NCBI GenBank assembly: GCA_951406725.2
Contig: OX597817.1
Coordinates: 13,888,001 to 13,952,000, forward strand
Length of the DNA: 64,000 bases
Source of the DNA: Octopus vulgaris
Taxonomy: Eukaryota
Direction: 5' to 3'
Below the pieces are notes generated by a model. The model did not search any database and was not told the origin of the DNA. It was given only the letters and a program-made list of their open reading frames with translations. The translations under genes and the position numbers were made by a program. Of the stretch, positions 41,991 to 53,110 are shown piece after piece (position 1 is the stretch's first letter; each line of letters starts with the position of its first letter).

Positions 41991-42109
41991 TCGAAAAATG
42001 CCTTAGGAATGAGAACACCTGAAGAAGGCTGGAGGGTATATCAGCCGAAACGTTGTGTTAACAACAAACAAGATGAGGACAAATATCTGTCGAATGTAAA
42101 TAATGAAAA
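41753..42109 (+). mobile_element. tRNA-headed, hammerhead-containing retroelement with an inverted partial copy and 17-bp TSD
   Basis: Head 41834-41895 (A box tggtgtagtgg, B box gttcgattcc), (AAT)n, HHR 42014-42059 and tail. 41753-41831 is an inverted, internally deleted copy. gaa(c/t)ataaagtttctgt occurs at 41736-41752 and 42110-42126. Confidence 0.75.
42014..42059 (+). ncRNA. Minimal type I hammerhead ribozyme
   Basis: AACAC-CTGAAGA-A-GGCTG gagggtatat CAGCC-GAAA-CGT-T-GTGTT: perfect 5-bp stems I and II, intact core, palindromic ACGT stem III; predicted cleavage between 42054 and 42055. Confidence 0.75.
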
Positions 42110-42582
42110 GAATATAAAGTTTCTGTAGTCTCATGATTTACTATTCTTTGATCCGAGACTTTCTATCCCCATCCAAATTGTTTGGACTATTTTAAGAATA
42201 TAGCAGCCCCTTTACTATCTAAATATAATAAAATAACAATTAACCGTTGATGACAAATATACGGTCCAACGAAGAGGGCAGGCTGCTTTTATTTTTTCTA
42301 AAATTAAGTGGAATCAAATCCAACTGACCTATGCAATCCAGAATCAAAGACAAATGACCGGCAACGTGCAGAATATAAAAATAAAGGTAAGCGGTTTTAA
42401 TCCTGATTGACGGAAGTAAATAAAACTCTGAACGAGGACACATGTCTTCCAGGAAAATAAAAGGAACTTAATGGCTTAAATCCACGAGATTAAGTATAGC
42501 TGTTATTTATGGATGGGCAGAAGTATATGTATTCCTGCCTATGGACATATACTTACACACGTACTGACATTCATATGTGTGC

Positions 42583-42651
<69 letters not shown>

Positions 42652-43277
42652 GAAATTAAATATAAATTACAAAATGGGACAAGAACGCAAAAACACACAA
42701 AGAGACGACACAAAAAAACAGATGGGTCATTCGAAGCCTCTAATCTTCAGTCGGGAACCGGATCATCTTAGCAATTTCGGCTGTTTAATATATATATATA
42801 TATATACACTCACACACACACACATATATGTATATACACACACACACATATAGACACACACACAGAAAGATAGAGATAGACTGAGCGAGAGTGAGAAAGT
42901 AGAAACTGACGGAGATGCATACGTAGGTTTAGCTGTTTTTGTACACACACACACACAAACACAAGCACACATACTCAAATACTCAAATACACACAGACAC
43001 GCACACACATACACACACATATAAACACACATGCGCACACATGCACACATACACACACACATGAATTTACGCTTGAGCACTTTTTCGTCTATGTATGCAT
43101 GTATCTGTGTATATATGTATATATATGTGAATTATGTATGTATGTATGTATGTATGTATGAATGTATCGATCTATCTAGCTAACTCCCTTTTTTCCTTCT
43201 TTTCTCTCTCTGTCTCTGTACACACACATACATATAAAGTATATATATACACATATATATCTGTATGTATGTCTCTG

Positions 43278-43330
<53 letters not shown>

Positions 43331-43949
43331 TAGGCATACATACAAATATATGTGTGTATATATACTTCACATATGTTTGTAAAGTATATCTATACACATA
43401 TATAATTGTATGTATGCCTCTGTATTATATATATATATACACGTATATGAACATATATAAATATATATAAATTGTATGTGTGTTTCTGTATGTGACCGTC
43501 CGTCAATGTATTGCGTATTTTAAATCTAAGTGTTGGAGACTAAAATTATAATTAAATTTTAATCAGATAGAATGAGTAAAATGTTCAAATCTTCTAAACT
43601 ATATGAATTATGAAAAGCGAGAGGATTTAACACTAAAGGTAGCATCAAGTGATTACAGCATGGAATATACACATCAAGTATTCAAATACATACAAAGTCT
43701 CTTAGGATATTATTTGGTGTCAAGTTTTTTTCTCGCACCAACTGCGACCTGGTCACTGACGTGGGTTTTTTTTTCCACCACACTATCAGAGAAGTAACAT
43801 TTATCAAAAATATTTTTTCCAAATATATAAAAGAAGTGAATTAAGACAAAATCTCCTTAGGATTGGTGCTTAAATGTACGCGTAGCCATATGCATCATGC
43901 ATATACATACGCGCACGGGCATATTTGTATAATCTTTTTTATGTTCTAT

Positions 43950-44275
43950 TTTTTTTATTTGTTTCAGACTGTGGCCATGCAGGGGGACCGCTTTGAAGGG
44001 TTTTAGACGAGCAAATCGATCCCAGAAGTTATTTTTTAACCGCTAAGTTACGTGGACGTAAACATACCAGCACCGGTTGTCAAGCGGTGATGGGGACAAA
44101 CACAAACACAAAGACATACATTGAAACACTCCCACGCACAGACGACGGGCTTCTTTCAGTTTCCGTCTATCAAATCCACTCACAAGTCTTTGGTCGGCCC
44201 GAGGTGCCACACAGTGGGACTGAGCCCGGAACCATGTGGATGGGAAGCAAGCAACTTACCACACAGCAACGCCTG
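43950..44275 (-). mobile_element. Degenerate SINE family A
   Basis: gactgtggccatgc...cgctaagttacg...gacgggcttctttcagtttccgtc...gtgggactgagcccggaaccatg. Confidence 0.75.
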
Positions 44276-44379
44276 AGCATGTATCATACACATGCTCAGA
44301 CTTGGTGTCTTTTGCAGAATGGATAAACATTGAGCGCGTGTATTTGGGTATATATCTAGTATTCCTAATTTTGATTCGC

Positions 44380-44458
<79 letters not shown>

Positions 44459-44510
44459 CATACATACATACATACATAATACATACATACATATATACAC
44501 ATACATACAT

Positions 44511-44549
<39 letters not shown>

Positions 44550-44569
44550 TATGTATGTATGTACGTATG

Positions 44570-44607
<38 letters not shown>

Positions 44608-44707
44608 CATGTAAATATATGTATATTATATATGTAATATATACGCGAACACATATATATTACATATATATTATACACACACACACACACACACACACGC
44701 GCGCGCA

Positions 44708-44759
<52 letters not shown>

Positions 44760-45174
44760 TACATGTTGGACGAATGACGGATGAATGGGAGAGGAGTGCT
44801 GAATACAATTTAGAAGATATGCTTTTTGTTTTGTTGAAACTAAAACCGTAATGCGGGTTTTGCGCCTCGACGATACTCAGGCATGAAGATTGCAAGGGTG
44901 TGTGTGTGTGTGTAGACACAGATAGTGTTTTTAATGTTAAGAATTAAAAGTAGATGATTATTAGTGTATTAGTCGTAGTATTTCTATTTGAAGTCTGAGG
45001 GATGGTAAATACGGGGATTCTGCAGCGATTCTTGAGGTCAACCATAAGACTTAGCTGTAATTTGTTAAGTGATAGAGCTTAGAGATTGTGCAACACAGGA
45101 AGGAGAGTTTTGATTCCTTGGTGGTTAAACCGCTTGTGCAATGATGGTGAGTGATGACTCGTAACTTCCTTCAA

Positions 45175-45690
<516 letters not shown>

Positions 45691-45700
<10 letters not shown>

Positions 45701-46035
45701 ATAGGTACAGGACGTCACAAAACATAAACAACATGAAATTAGAAAACAACCTGAAATACGAAGAGAAACTTGGGTATACGCAGACAACGAAACAAATGGA
45801 AAACAAGACAATTAACATAAAGGACGACCCTTTATCAGTTATCAGCTGTCCATCTACTCCTCATTTCGAGACAGCCGACAACTGATAAAGGGTCGTCCTT
45901 TATGTTAATTGTCTTGTTTTCCATTTGTATTTCTCGTTGTTCGTATACCCAAATTTGTCTTCGTATTTCAGGTTGTTTTCTAATTTCATGTTGTTTATGT
46001 TTTGTGACGTCCTGTACCCATATATGCATATATAT
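45691..46035. repeat. Inverted repeat, ~160-bp arms with a 19-nt loop
   Basis: 45691-45850 pairs with 45870-46035; a third, direct copy of the arm lies at ~47130-47290. Confidence 0.9.
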
Positions 46036-46042
46036 ATAAATA

Positions 46043-46513
46043 CAGCTAAGACTCTACTCCTTGGAGAGAAGACGAGAGAAGTATGCAGTAATATATGTCT
46101 GGAAGATCCTGGAAGGAATTGTGCCAAATTTTGGCATTGTAAGTTACACCAATGCTAGAACGGGACGACACTGCATAGTGCCAAAGATCCCAGCAATGCC
46201 ATCACGCTTCAGGACCAGCTTCTGCAACAGTCTGGGTTTCAAGGGCCCACAGCTTTTTAATATTCTCCCAAGGAGTCTGAGGAACTTGCACAAAGTAGAT
46301 GTAGCGGTTTTTAAATCAAAGCTGGACATCTTCCTGTCAAGAGTCCCAGATGAACCTACCTCACGGCAAGAGGTGCAAATGAGAGTAGCTATATCAAACT
46401 CCATTCTTCACCAAGTGCCACATATTAGACGAGGTTCGTCGTAATAACAGTGTAGCACAAAACGGCGGTGCATCAGCATGGCCGCAGCTCTGAGCTGAAA
46501 CTAAAAAAAAAAA
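46043..46513 (+). mobile_element. 5'-truncated CR1/L2-like LINE 3' end (open ORF2 C-terminus plus 3' UTR)
   Basis: QLRLYSLERRREKYAVIYVWKILEG...GPQLFNILPRSLRN...FKSKLDIFL, stop at 46444, 3' stem-loop cagctctgagctg, A tail. Confidence 0.85.
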
Positions 46514-46631
46514 TTTTTTTAAATATATATATACATACATACATGCATATACATATGTATGTATATATGTACATATATGTATGTATATATGCAATTATAT
46601 ATATATGTATATATATATTATTTATATTATT

Positions 46632-47327
46632 ATATGATAGAACGCCACGCATCCATTTCCAAGTGAGTTTAACTTAATAATTTTGAAGCGATTCTACCCT
46701 GTACTGTTCTCTCTCCTCTCCTCCCTTTCGTTTTCTCTCCCTTCCTTTCTCTAATTCTTTTTTCTCCTCTTCACCGTTTTCTAACTGTTTCTCTCTCGCT
46801 CTCCCTCTTTCTCCTTTACTTTCTCTCGTTGCTCACACGTGACCATCGTCCAGCTTTCTTTTCCACACTTCATCACCTTTCTTTTCTTAGAGGCCAGATG
46901 CATTCTTATCTGTCTCCTATTTTTTTCTTATCAAAGACAATATTCCTCCAGCGTTCGCTACTTTACCTCTTCTGGCCTAACAGCCCTCTATGCATATTTT
47001 CGTTTGGTTTGTTGTATGTCTCCACTGTCCTGTTTTTGTTACCAATTGTGAGCCTCAGCAAATTTCAAATTTTATTTTGGTTCGCGGGACTAACTGCCTT
47101 TCGAAGACTCATATTGTCGTTAATTGCTCGAAATGAGGAGTAGATGGACAGCCGACAACTGAGGAATGATCGTTCTTTACGTTACTTAACTTGTTTTCCA
47201 TTTGTTTCTCTCGTTGTTTGCATACCGTAGTTTGTCTTCATATTTCATGCAGTTTACGTTCTTTGACACCCTGTACCCATATATGCATATATACATACAT
47301 ATATATGTACATATATGTATGCTTATA

Positions 47328-47365
<38 letters not shown>

Positions 47366-47404
47366 ATCATAATATGATTGAACGCCACGCATCCATTTCC
47401 AAGT
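46632..47404 (+). mobile_element. ~740-bp terminally redundant non-coding unit (PLE pseudo-LTR/retrozyme-like)
   Basis: gaacgccacgcatccatttccaagt at 46640-46664 and 47380-47404; its 3' part equals the arms of the 45691-46035 inverted repeat. Confidence 0.55.
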
Positions 47405-47409
47405 ATATA

Positions 47410-47562
47410 TATACACTCTCTGTGTATCTTTCTGTTGAAGAGCGTAGGCTCGAAACGTTAAAGACTTGTTTTATTTATATTTCCTGAGCGCCATACAAAT
47501 ACAATTGTTTGTTTGTTTCCCACCTGCCTTCGTCTTTTGTCTATTTTCATAAAGCTTCCCGT
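47410..47562 (+). mobile_element. PLE pseudo-LTR-like repeat with variant hammerhead (47427-47464)
   Basis: TCTTT-CTGTTGA-A-GAGC gtag GCTC-GAAA-CGT-T-AAAGA; close to the reverse complement of 11870-12000. Confidence 0.6.
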
Positions 47563-48512
47563 TATATATATATATATACATGGAGGGGACTAAAAACAGA
47601 CAGAAGAAGGAAAGAGAAAGTAGTGAGAGGGAGAGAGAGAGGGGGATGTACGAATAGATAGAGTAACGATTTATAAGCTACGCGTGCGGGAGTTCATGCT
47701 ATGTCGTCGGCATTACATTCTGTTTGTGTCTAAGAGACTTAGCTTTTAAATAACCCAGTCCACTTAATTTTTTTAACTACAACAGAGCTGATATATTGCT
47801 CTAAGTAGCCGCCAAATTAATACCATCATCTAATAAATTATTTATTCTTACGTAATGAGGAGAAGAAAAAATTAGCTCAGCTACTATTAATATTTGATTC
47901 TCATCATGGCAAATATAGGTGATAACTCTGGACATGTTTTGGTCTTATTAGACCTTTTTAGCTATGTATAACATCCTCTATACTAATGTATATAAGTTGA
48001 AATAAAACATTATGACTAAAGGAAATTACTCTAACAGGAGTTGTTGCCCATAACTGCAAGATCAGATTCGATTAAGAATAAGTACTACCATTTTTTTTAA
48101 ATTCTATATAAAAGTAAGATGGCTCTAAGTTGATTGTTCGTTTTGTTTCGAAGTCACTATTTAATTTCTCTCAAGTATAAACAGCAGCACAGTCCAATTG
48201 ACAAATTGCTGGAAGGAAATAGGAATATACTTCAGTGTAATCTTTGATTTACTACATGAATGTATAAAGAAAAACTTCAGTTTAGACTATACTAACATTT
48301 AAACTTAATGTAGATTGCTAATTAATTATACATATTTAATGTAATTTGATTAAAAGTGTATAAAGAGACAATTTTAGCTATGAATTATATAACAGAAACA
48401 ATAAATAGTTTGAAAGATAGATGGCTATTAAATATCAAGTTAAGTAAATCTCTTAACTACTAATTAAGAGATTTATTTAACTAAATGTTTTAATGGAACT
48501 AATATATAACCC

Positions 48513-48927
48513 ATTTCTTTATTACCCACAAGAGGCTAAACATAGAAGGGACAAACAAGGACAGACATAGGTATTAAGTCGATTACATCGATCCCAATGC
48601 GTAACTGGTACTTAATTTATCGACCCCGAAAGGGTGAAAGGTAAAGTCGACCTCGGCGGAATTTGAACTCACAACGTAACGGCAGACGAAATACCTATTT
48701 CTTTATTACCCACAAGGGGCTAAACACAGAGGGGACAAACAAGGACAGACATAGGTATTAAGTCGATTACATCGATCCCAGTGCGTAACTGGTACTTAAT
48801 TTATCAACCCCGAAAGGATGAAAGGCAAAGTCAACCTCGGCGGAATTTGAACTCAGAACGTAACAGCAGACGAAATACGGCTACGCATTTCGCCGGGCGT
48901 GCTAACGTTTCTGCCAGCTCGCCGCCT
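48513..48927 (-). mobile_element. SINE family B dimer with 19-bp TSD
   Basis: Junction gacgaaatac|ctatttctt; tggaactaatat(a/g)taaccc at 48494-48512 and 48929-48947. Confidence 0.85.
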
Positions 48928-49522
48928 TTGGAACTAATATGTAACCCGTCCTGTTGATTGGGATTATGTACTAAAGCTGCTATAACAGTGAGGTCAGCTT
49001 GTAGATGTGTGAGCCTGGGGTAAAATATAATCAAAATATTGTTTACTGACGTATTAGTGGGGACACAGTATTTCGTATCTCTGGCGTAGTTTTGACGCTG
49101 AAAGGAGTTGTGACATTTAGAAATATAACGAGGTGAAATTGTTTCTGTTGAATGCTGAAACCTTGACATGGAAAAGTTAAAAGACTAGTGAAAGATTAGA
49201 GGATTAAGCAGCAGTAGTAATAGCAGTAAGCACCAGTTATCCTTCACCATCTGTTCCAAATAACTTGTTAAACAAACAATGACAGTAGTACATTAGCAGT
49301 TTTCCGGGCATACGTTCGTTCCTTTGTGATTAAATATAGATTCTACTGATCCTATTGTTTTTTTCCCCCATTGACGAGAAGTCTTTGAAGTACCTTGTTG
49401 TTAGAGGTATTTCGGTCATGCAGAAAAATAGTCCTTTTATACAAGTATTAATAGCGGTCATGTTTCAAATTAGTCGTTTAAAGAAGTTTGGCTAATCTGA
49501 AAGAAGAACTTGAATACTGGAA

Positions 49523-49908
49523 TGGAAGCACTCCGTCGGTTACGACGACGAGGGTTCCGGTTGATCCGAATCAACGGAACAGCCTGCTCGTAAAATTAAC
49601 GTGTAAGTGGCTGAGCACTCCACAGACACGTGCACCCTTAACGTAGTTCTCGGGGATATTCAGCGCGACACAGAGAGTGACAAGGCCGGCCCTTTGAGAT
49701 ACAGGTACAACAGAAACAGGAAGTAAGAGTGAGAGAAAGTTGTGGTGAAAGAGTACAACAGGGATCACCACCATCCCCTGCCGGAGCCTCGTGGAGCTTT
49801 TAGGTGTTTTCGCTCAATAAACACTCACAATGCCCGGTCTGGGAATCGAAACCGCGATCCTATGACCGCGAGTCCGCTGCCCTAACCACTGGGCCAATGC
49901 GCCTCCAC
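49523..49908 (-). mobile_element. SINE family C, tail type a
   Basis: Reverse complement of 17215-17599; TSD acttgaatact at 49508-49518 and 49909-49919. Confidence 0.9.
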
Positions 49909-50105
49909 ACTTGAATACTAGTGTAGTTACATATAGCTGAGCTACAGATTGAGGATAAACCCTCGAAAAGACTTGTTTGAAGCGTAGTTTCCGTTTGCAT
50001 TTGGGTTATAATGTTTTACTCAAACCTCATAAGTTACTCTCCGGTTGAGATTGGGTTACATCTCTTACTTATGCCTTCTTAAGATCTTTTGTCATATTTC
50101 AGAAA

Positions 50106-51856
50106 GAAAGCGGGTAATTTTTAAAATATCAAAAACATTTTAAGATATAGGTAAACCCCTCAAACAATAAGTGAAGCCTCAGAAATTTTATGAAATTCAC
50201 GGTCAAATGAAAAGTGGATGCACGAGTCAACAGCAAATATATTTAAGAGTGAAAGCGGGTAATTTTTAAAATATCAAAAACATTTTAAGATATAGGTAAA
50301 CCCCTCAAACAATAAGTGAAGCCTCAGAAATTTTATGAAATTCACGGTCAAATGAAAAGTGGATGCACGAGTCAACAGCAAATATATTTAAGAGTGAAAG
50401 CGGGTAATTTTTAAAATATCAAAAACATTTTAAGATATAGGTAAACCCTCAAACAATAAGTGAAGCCTCAGAAATTTTATGAAATTCACGGTCAAATGAA
50501 AAGTGGATGCACGAGTCAACAGCAAATATATTTAAGAGTGAAAGCGGGTAATTTTTAAAATATCAAAAACATTTTAAGATATAGGTAAACCCCTCAAACA
50601 ATAAGTGAAGCCTCAGAAATTTTATGAAATTCACGGTCAAATGAAAAGTGGATGCACGAGTCAACAGCAAATATATTTAAGAGTGAAAGCGGGTAATTTT
50701 TTAAAATATCAAAAACATTTTAAGATATAGGTAAACCCCTCAAACAATAAGTGAAGCCTCAGAAATTTTATGAAATTCACAGTCAAATGAAAAGTGGATG
50801 CACGAGTCAACAGCAAATATATTTAAGAGTGAAAGCGGGTAATTTTTAAAATATCAAAAACATTTTAAGATATAGGTAAACCCCTCAAACAATAAGTGAA
50901 GCCTCAGAAATTTTATGAAATTCACAGTCAAATGAAAAGTGGATGCACGAGTCAACAGCAAATATATTTAAGAGTGAAAGCGGGTAATTTTTAAAATATC
51001 AAAAACATTTTAAGATATAGGTAAACCCTCAAACAATAAGTGAAGCCTCAGAAATTTTATGAAATTCACAGTCAAATGAAAAGTGGATGCACGAGTCAAC
51101 AGCAAATATATTTAAGAGTGAAAGCGGGTAATTTTTAAAATATCAAAAACATTTTAAGATATAGGTAAACCCCTCAAACAATAAGTGAAGCCTCAGAAAT
51201 TTTATGAAATTCACGGTCAAATGAAAAGTGGATGCACGAGTCAACAGCAAATATATTTAAGAGTGAAAGCGGGTAATTTTTAAAATATCAAAAACATTTT
51301 AAGATATAGGTAAACCCCTCAAACAATAAGTGAAGCCTCAGAAATTTTATGAAATTCACGGTCAAATGAAAAGTGGATGCACGAGTCAACAGCAAATATA
51401 TTTAAGAGTGAAAGCGGGTAATTTTTAAAATATCAAAAACATTTTAAGATATAGATAGGTAAACTCCTCATACAATAAGTGAAGCCTCAGAAATTTTATG
51501 AAATTCACAGTCAAATGAAAAGTGGATGCACGAGTCAACAGCAAATATATTTAAGAGTGAAAGCGGGTAATTTTTAAAATATCAAAAACATTTTAAGATA
51601 TAGGTAAACCCCTCAAACAATAAGTGAAGCCTCAGAAATTTTATGAAATTCACGGTCAAATGAAAAGTGGATGCACGAGTCAACAGCAAATATATTTAAG
51701 AGTGAAAGCGGGTAATTTTTAAAATATCAAAAACATTTTAAGATATAGATAGGTAAACTCCTCATACAATAAGTGAAGCCTCAGAAATTTTATGAAATTC
51801 ACAGTCACATGAAAAGTGGAGGCACGAGTCACCAGCAAATAGATTTAGGAGTGAAA
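50106..51856. repeat. Tandem array, 12 x ~145 bp
   Basis: Unit starts (gaaagcgggt) at 50106, 50251, 50396, 50540, 50685, 50831, 50976, 51120, 51265, 51410, 51559 and 51704; no spacers. Confidence 0.97.
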
Positions 51857-52233
51857 ATCCCAGAGGCGGAATGGAAATCGGCGAGATAAAAGTAAAAATC
51901 AAACAACGTTATTATTCAACTATGGCTTCGCTGATATATTTTTTTATGCCCGAGGGGGATATGTGAATATTTAAATAATCAACTCCAGTTTTAAATTATG
52001 GCATATGAAGCTTTCTTGGACGAAGTTAGAATTGAAGCACTCAGCATCTTGTGATGTTGAGGGCTTCATCTCTAACTTCCCCTCAGAATTTCAAGTGTTA
52101 CATATAATTAATTGGTGAGAGTACAGGAGATAATTAATAATCTTATTTTACAAATTTGATAATAGTATTTTCAGAGTAACTAGTGAAAGACGATGGCTCT
52201 TGCCGTTAATTAAAGTATCATAAAATTTAGTCT

Positions 52234-52537
52234 GTGGAGGCACATGGCCTAATGGTTAGAGCAGCGGACTCGCGGTCGAGGGATCGCGGGTTCGAATCTC
52301 AGACCAGGCGATGCGTATGTTTATGAGCGAAACACCTAAGCTCCACACGACTCCGGCAGAAGTTAATGGCGAACTTCTGTTGACTCTTTCGCCACAACTT
52401 TCCTTCACTCTTTCCTCCTGCATCTTGTAGCTCACCTGCGACGGACCGGCGTCCCGTCCAGGTGGGGAACCCATACGCCAAGGAAACCGGGAAACCGGCC
52501 CTCATGAGCCAGGCGTGGCTCGAGAAGGAACAAACAA
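52234..52537 (+). mobile_element. SINE family C, tail type b
   Basis: Head tggcctaatggttagagcagcggactcgcgg...gggttcgaatctc; tail cctgcgacggaccggcgtcccgtccagg...ggctcgagaaggaaca; TSD aatttagtct at 52224-52233 and 52539-52548. Confidence 0.85.
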
Positions 52538-52787
52538 TAATTTAGTCTAAAAAAAAATCAGGGAAATATCGTCTTAGAGATAGTATGCGATTACGACAAT
52601 CCTTTAAAGGAGAAAAATAATTGAAGAGTTTAAACATGTAGCGAAGGTTATTTAAGTTAATTGTGTGCTAAAAAGATTTTGATGGGTTTTAGGAGTAGAA
52701 AATGCAAGGAGTGAAACAAGAAAATTTAGAATCCAGCGTAAGTTTGCATAAAATTGACAGTGAAATTGATAGTTATACAAACAAACT

Positions 52788-53110
52788 GACACTCCGACAC
52801 TTACGACGACGAGGGTTCCAGTTGATCCGATCAAAGGAATAGCTTACTCGTCAACTTAACGTGTAAATGGCTGACCACACCACAGACACACATACACTTA
52901 ACGTAGCTCTCAGGGAGATCAAGCGTAACACAAAATGTGACAAGATTGGCCCTCTTTTGAAATACGGGTACAACTCGTTTTAGCCAGTTGAGTGGACAGA
53001 AGCAACGAGAAATTGTGTCTTGCTCAAAAATTCAACGCGCCGTCGGGAATCGAACTCATGATCTTACAATCGTGAGCCGAATACTCTAACCACTAAGCCA
53101 TGCGCCTTCA
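52788..53110 (-). mobile_element. Old tRNA SINE carrying the type-a tail
   Basis: Head gaaggcgcatggcttagtggttagagt...gagttcgattccc; tail ttacgacgacgagggttccagttgatccgatcaa. Confidence 0.7.

Noticed and set aside
42650-42790. Complete hammerhead in a minus-strand (TA)n-embedded repeat
   Set aside because: gccgaaattgc lies upstream of ctgaaga in the wrong order, and the 5' half is missing. At most this is a truncated pseudo-LTR.
50106-51856. CRISPR array
   Set aside because: The units are contiguous 145-bp repeats with no unique spacers, there are no cas genes and the context is eukaryotic.
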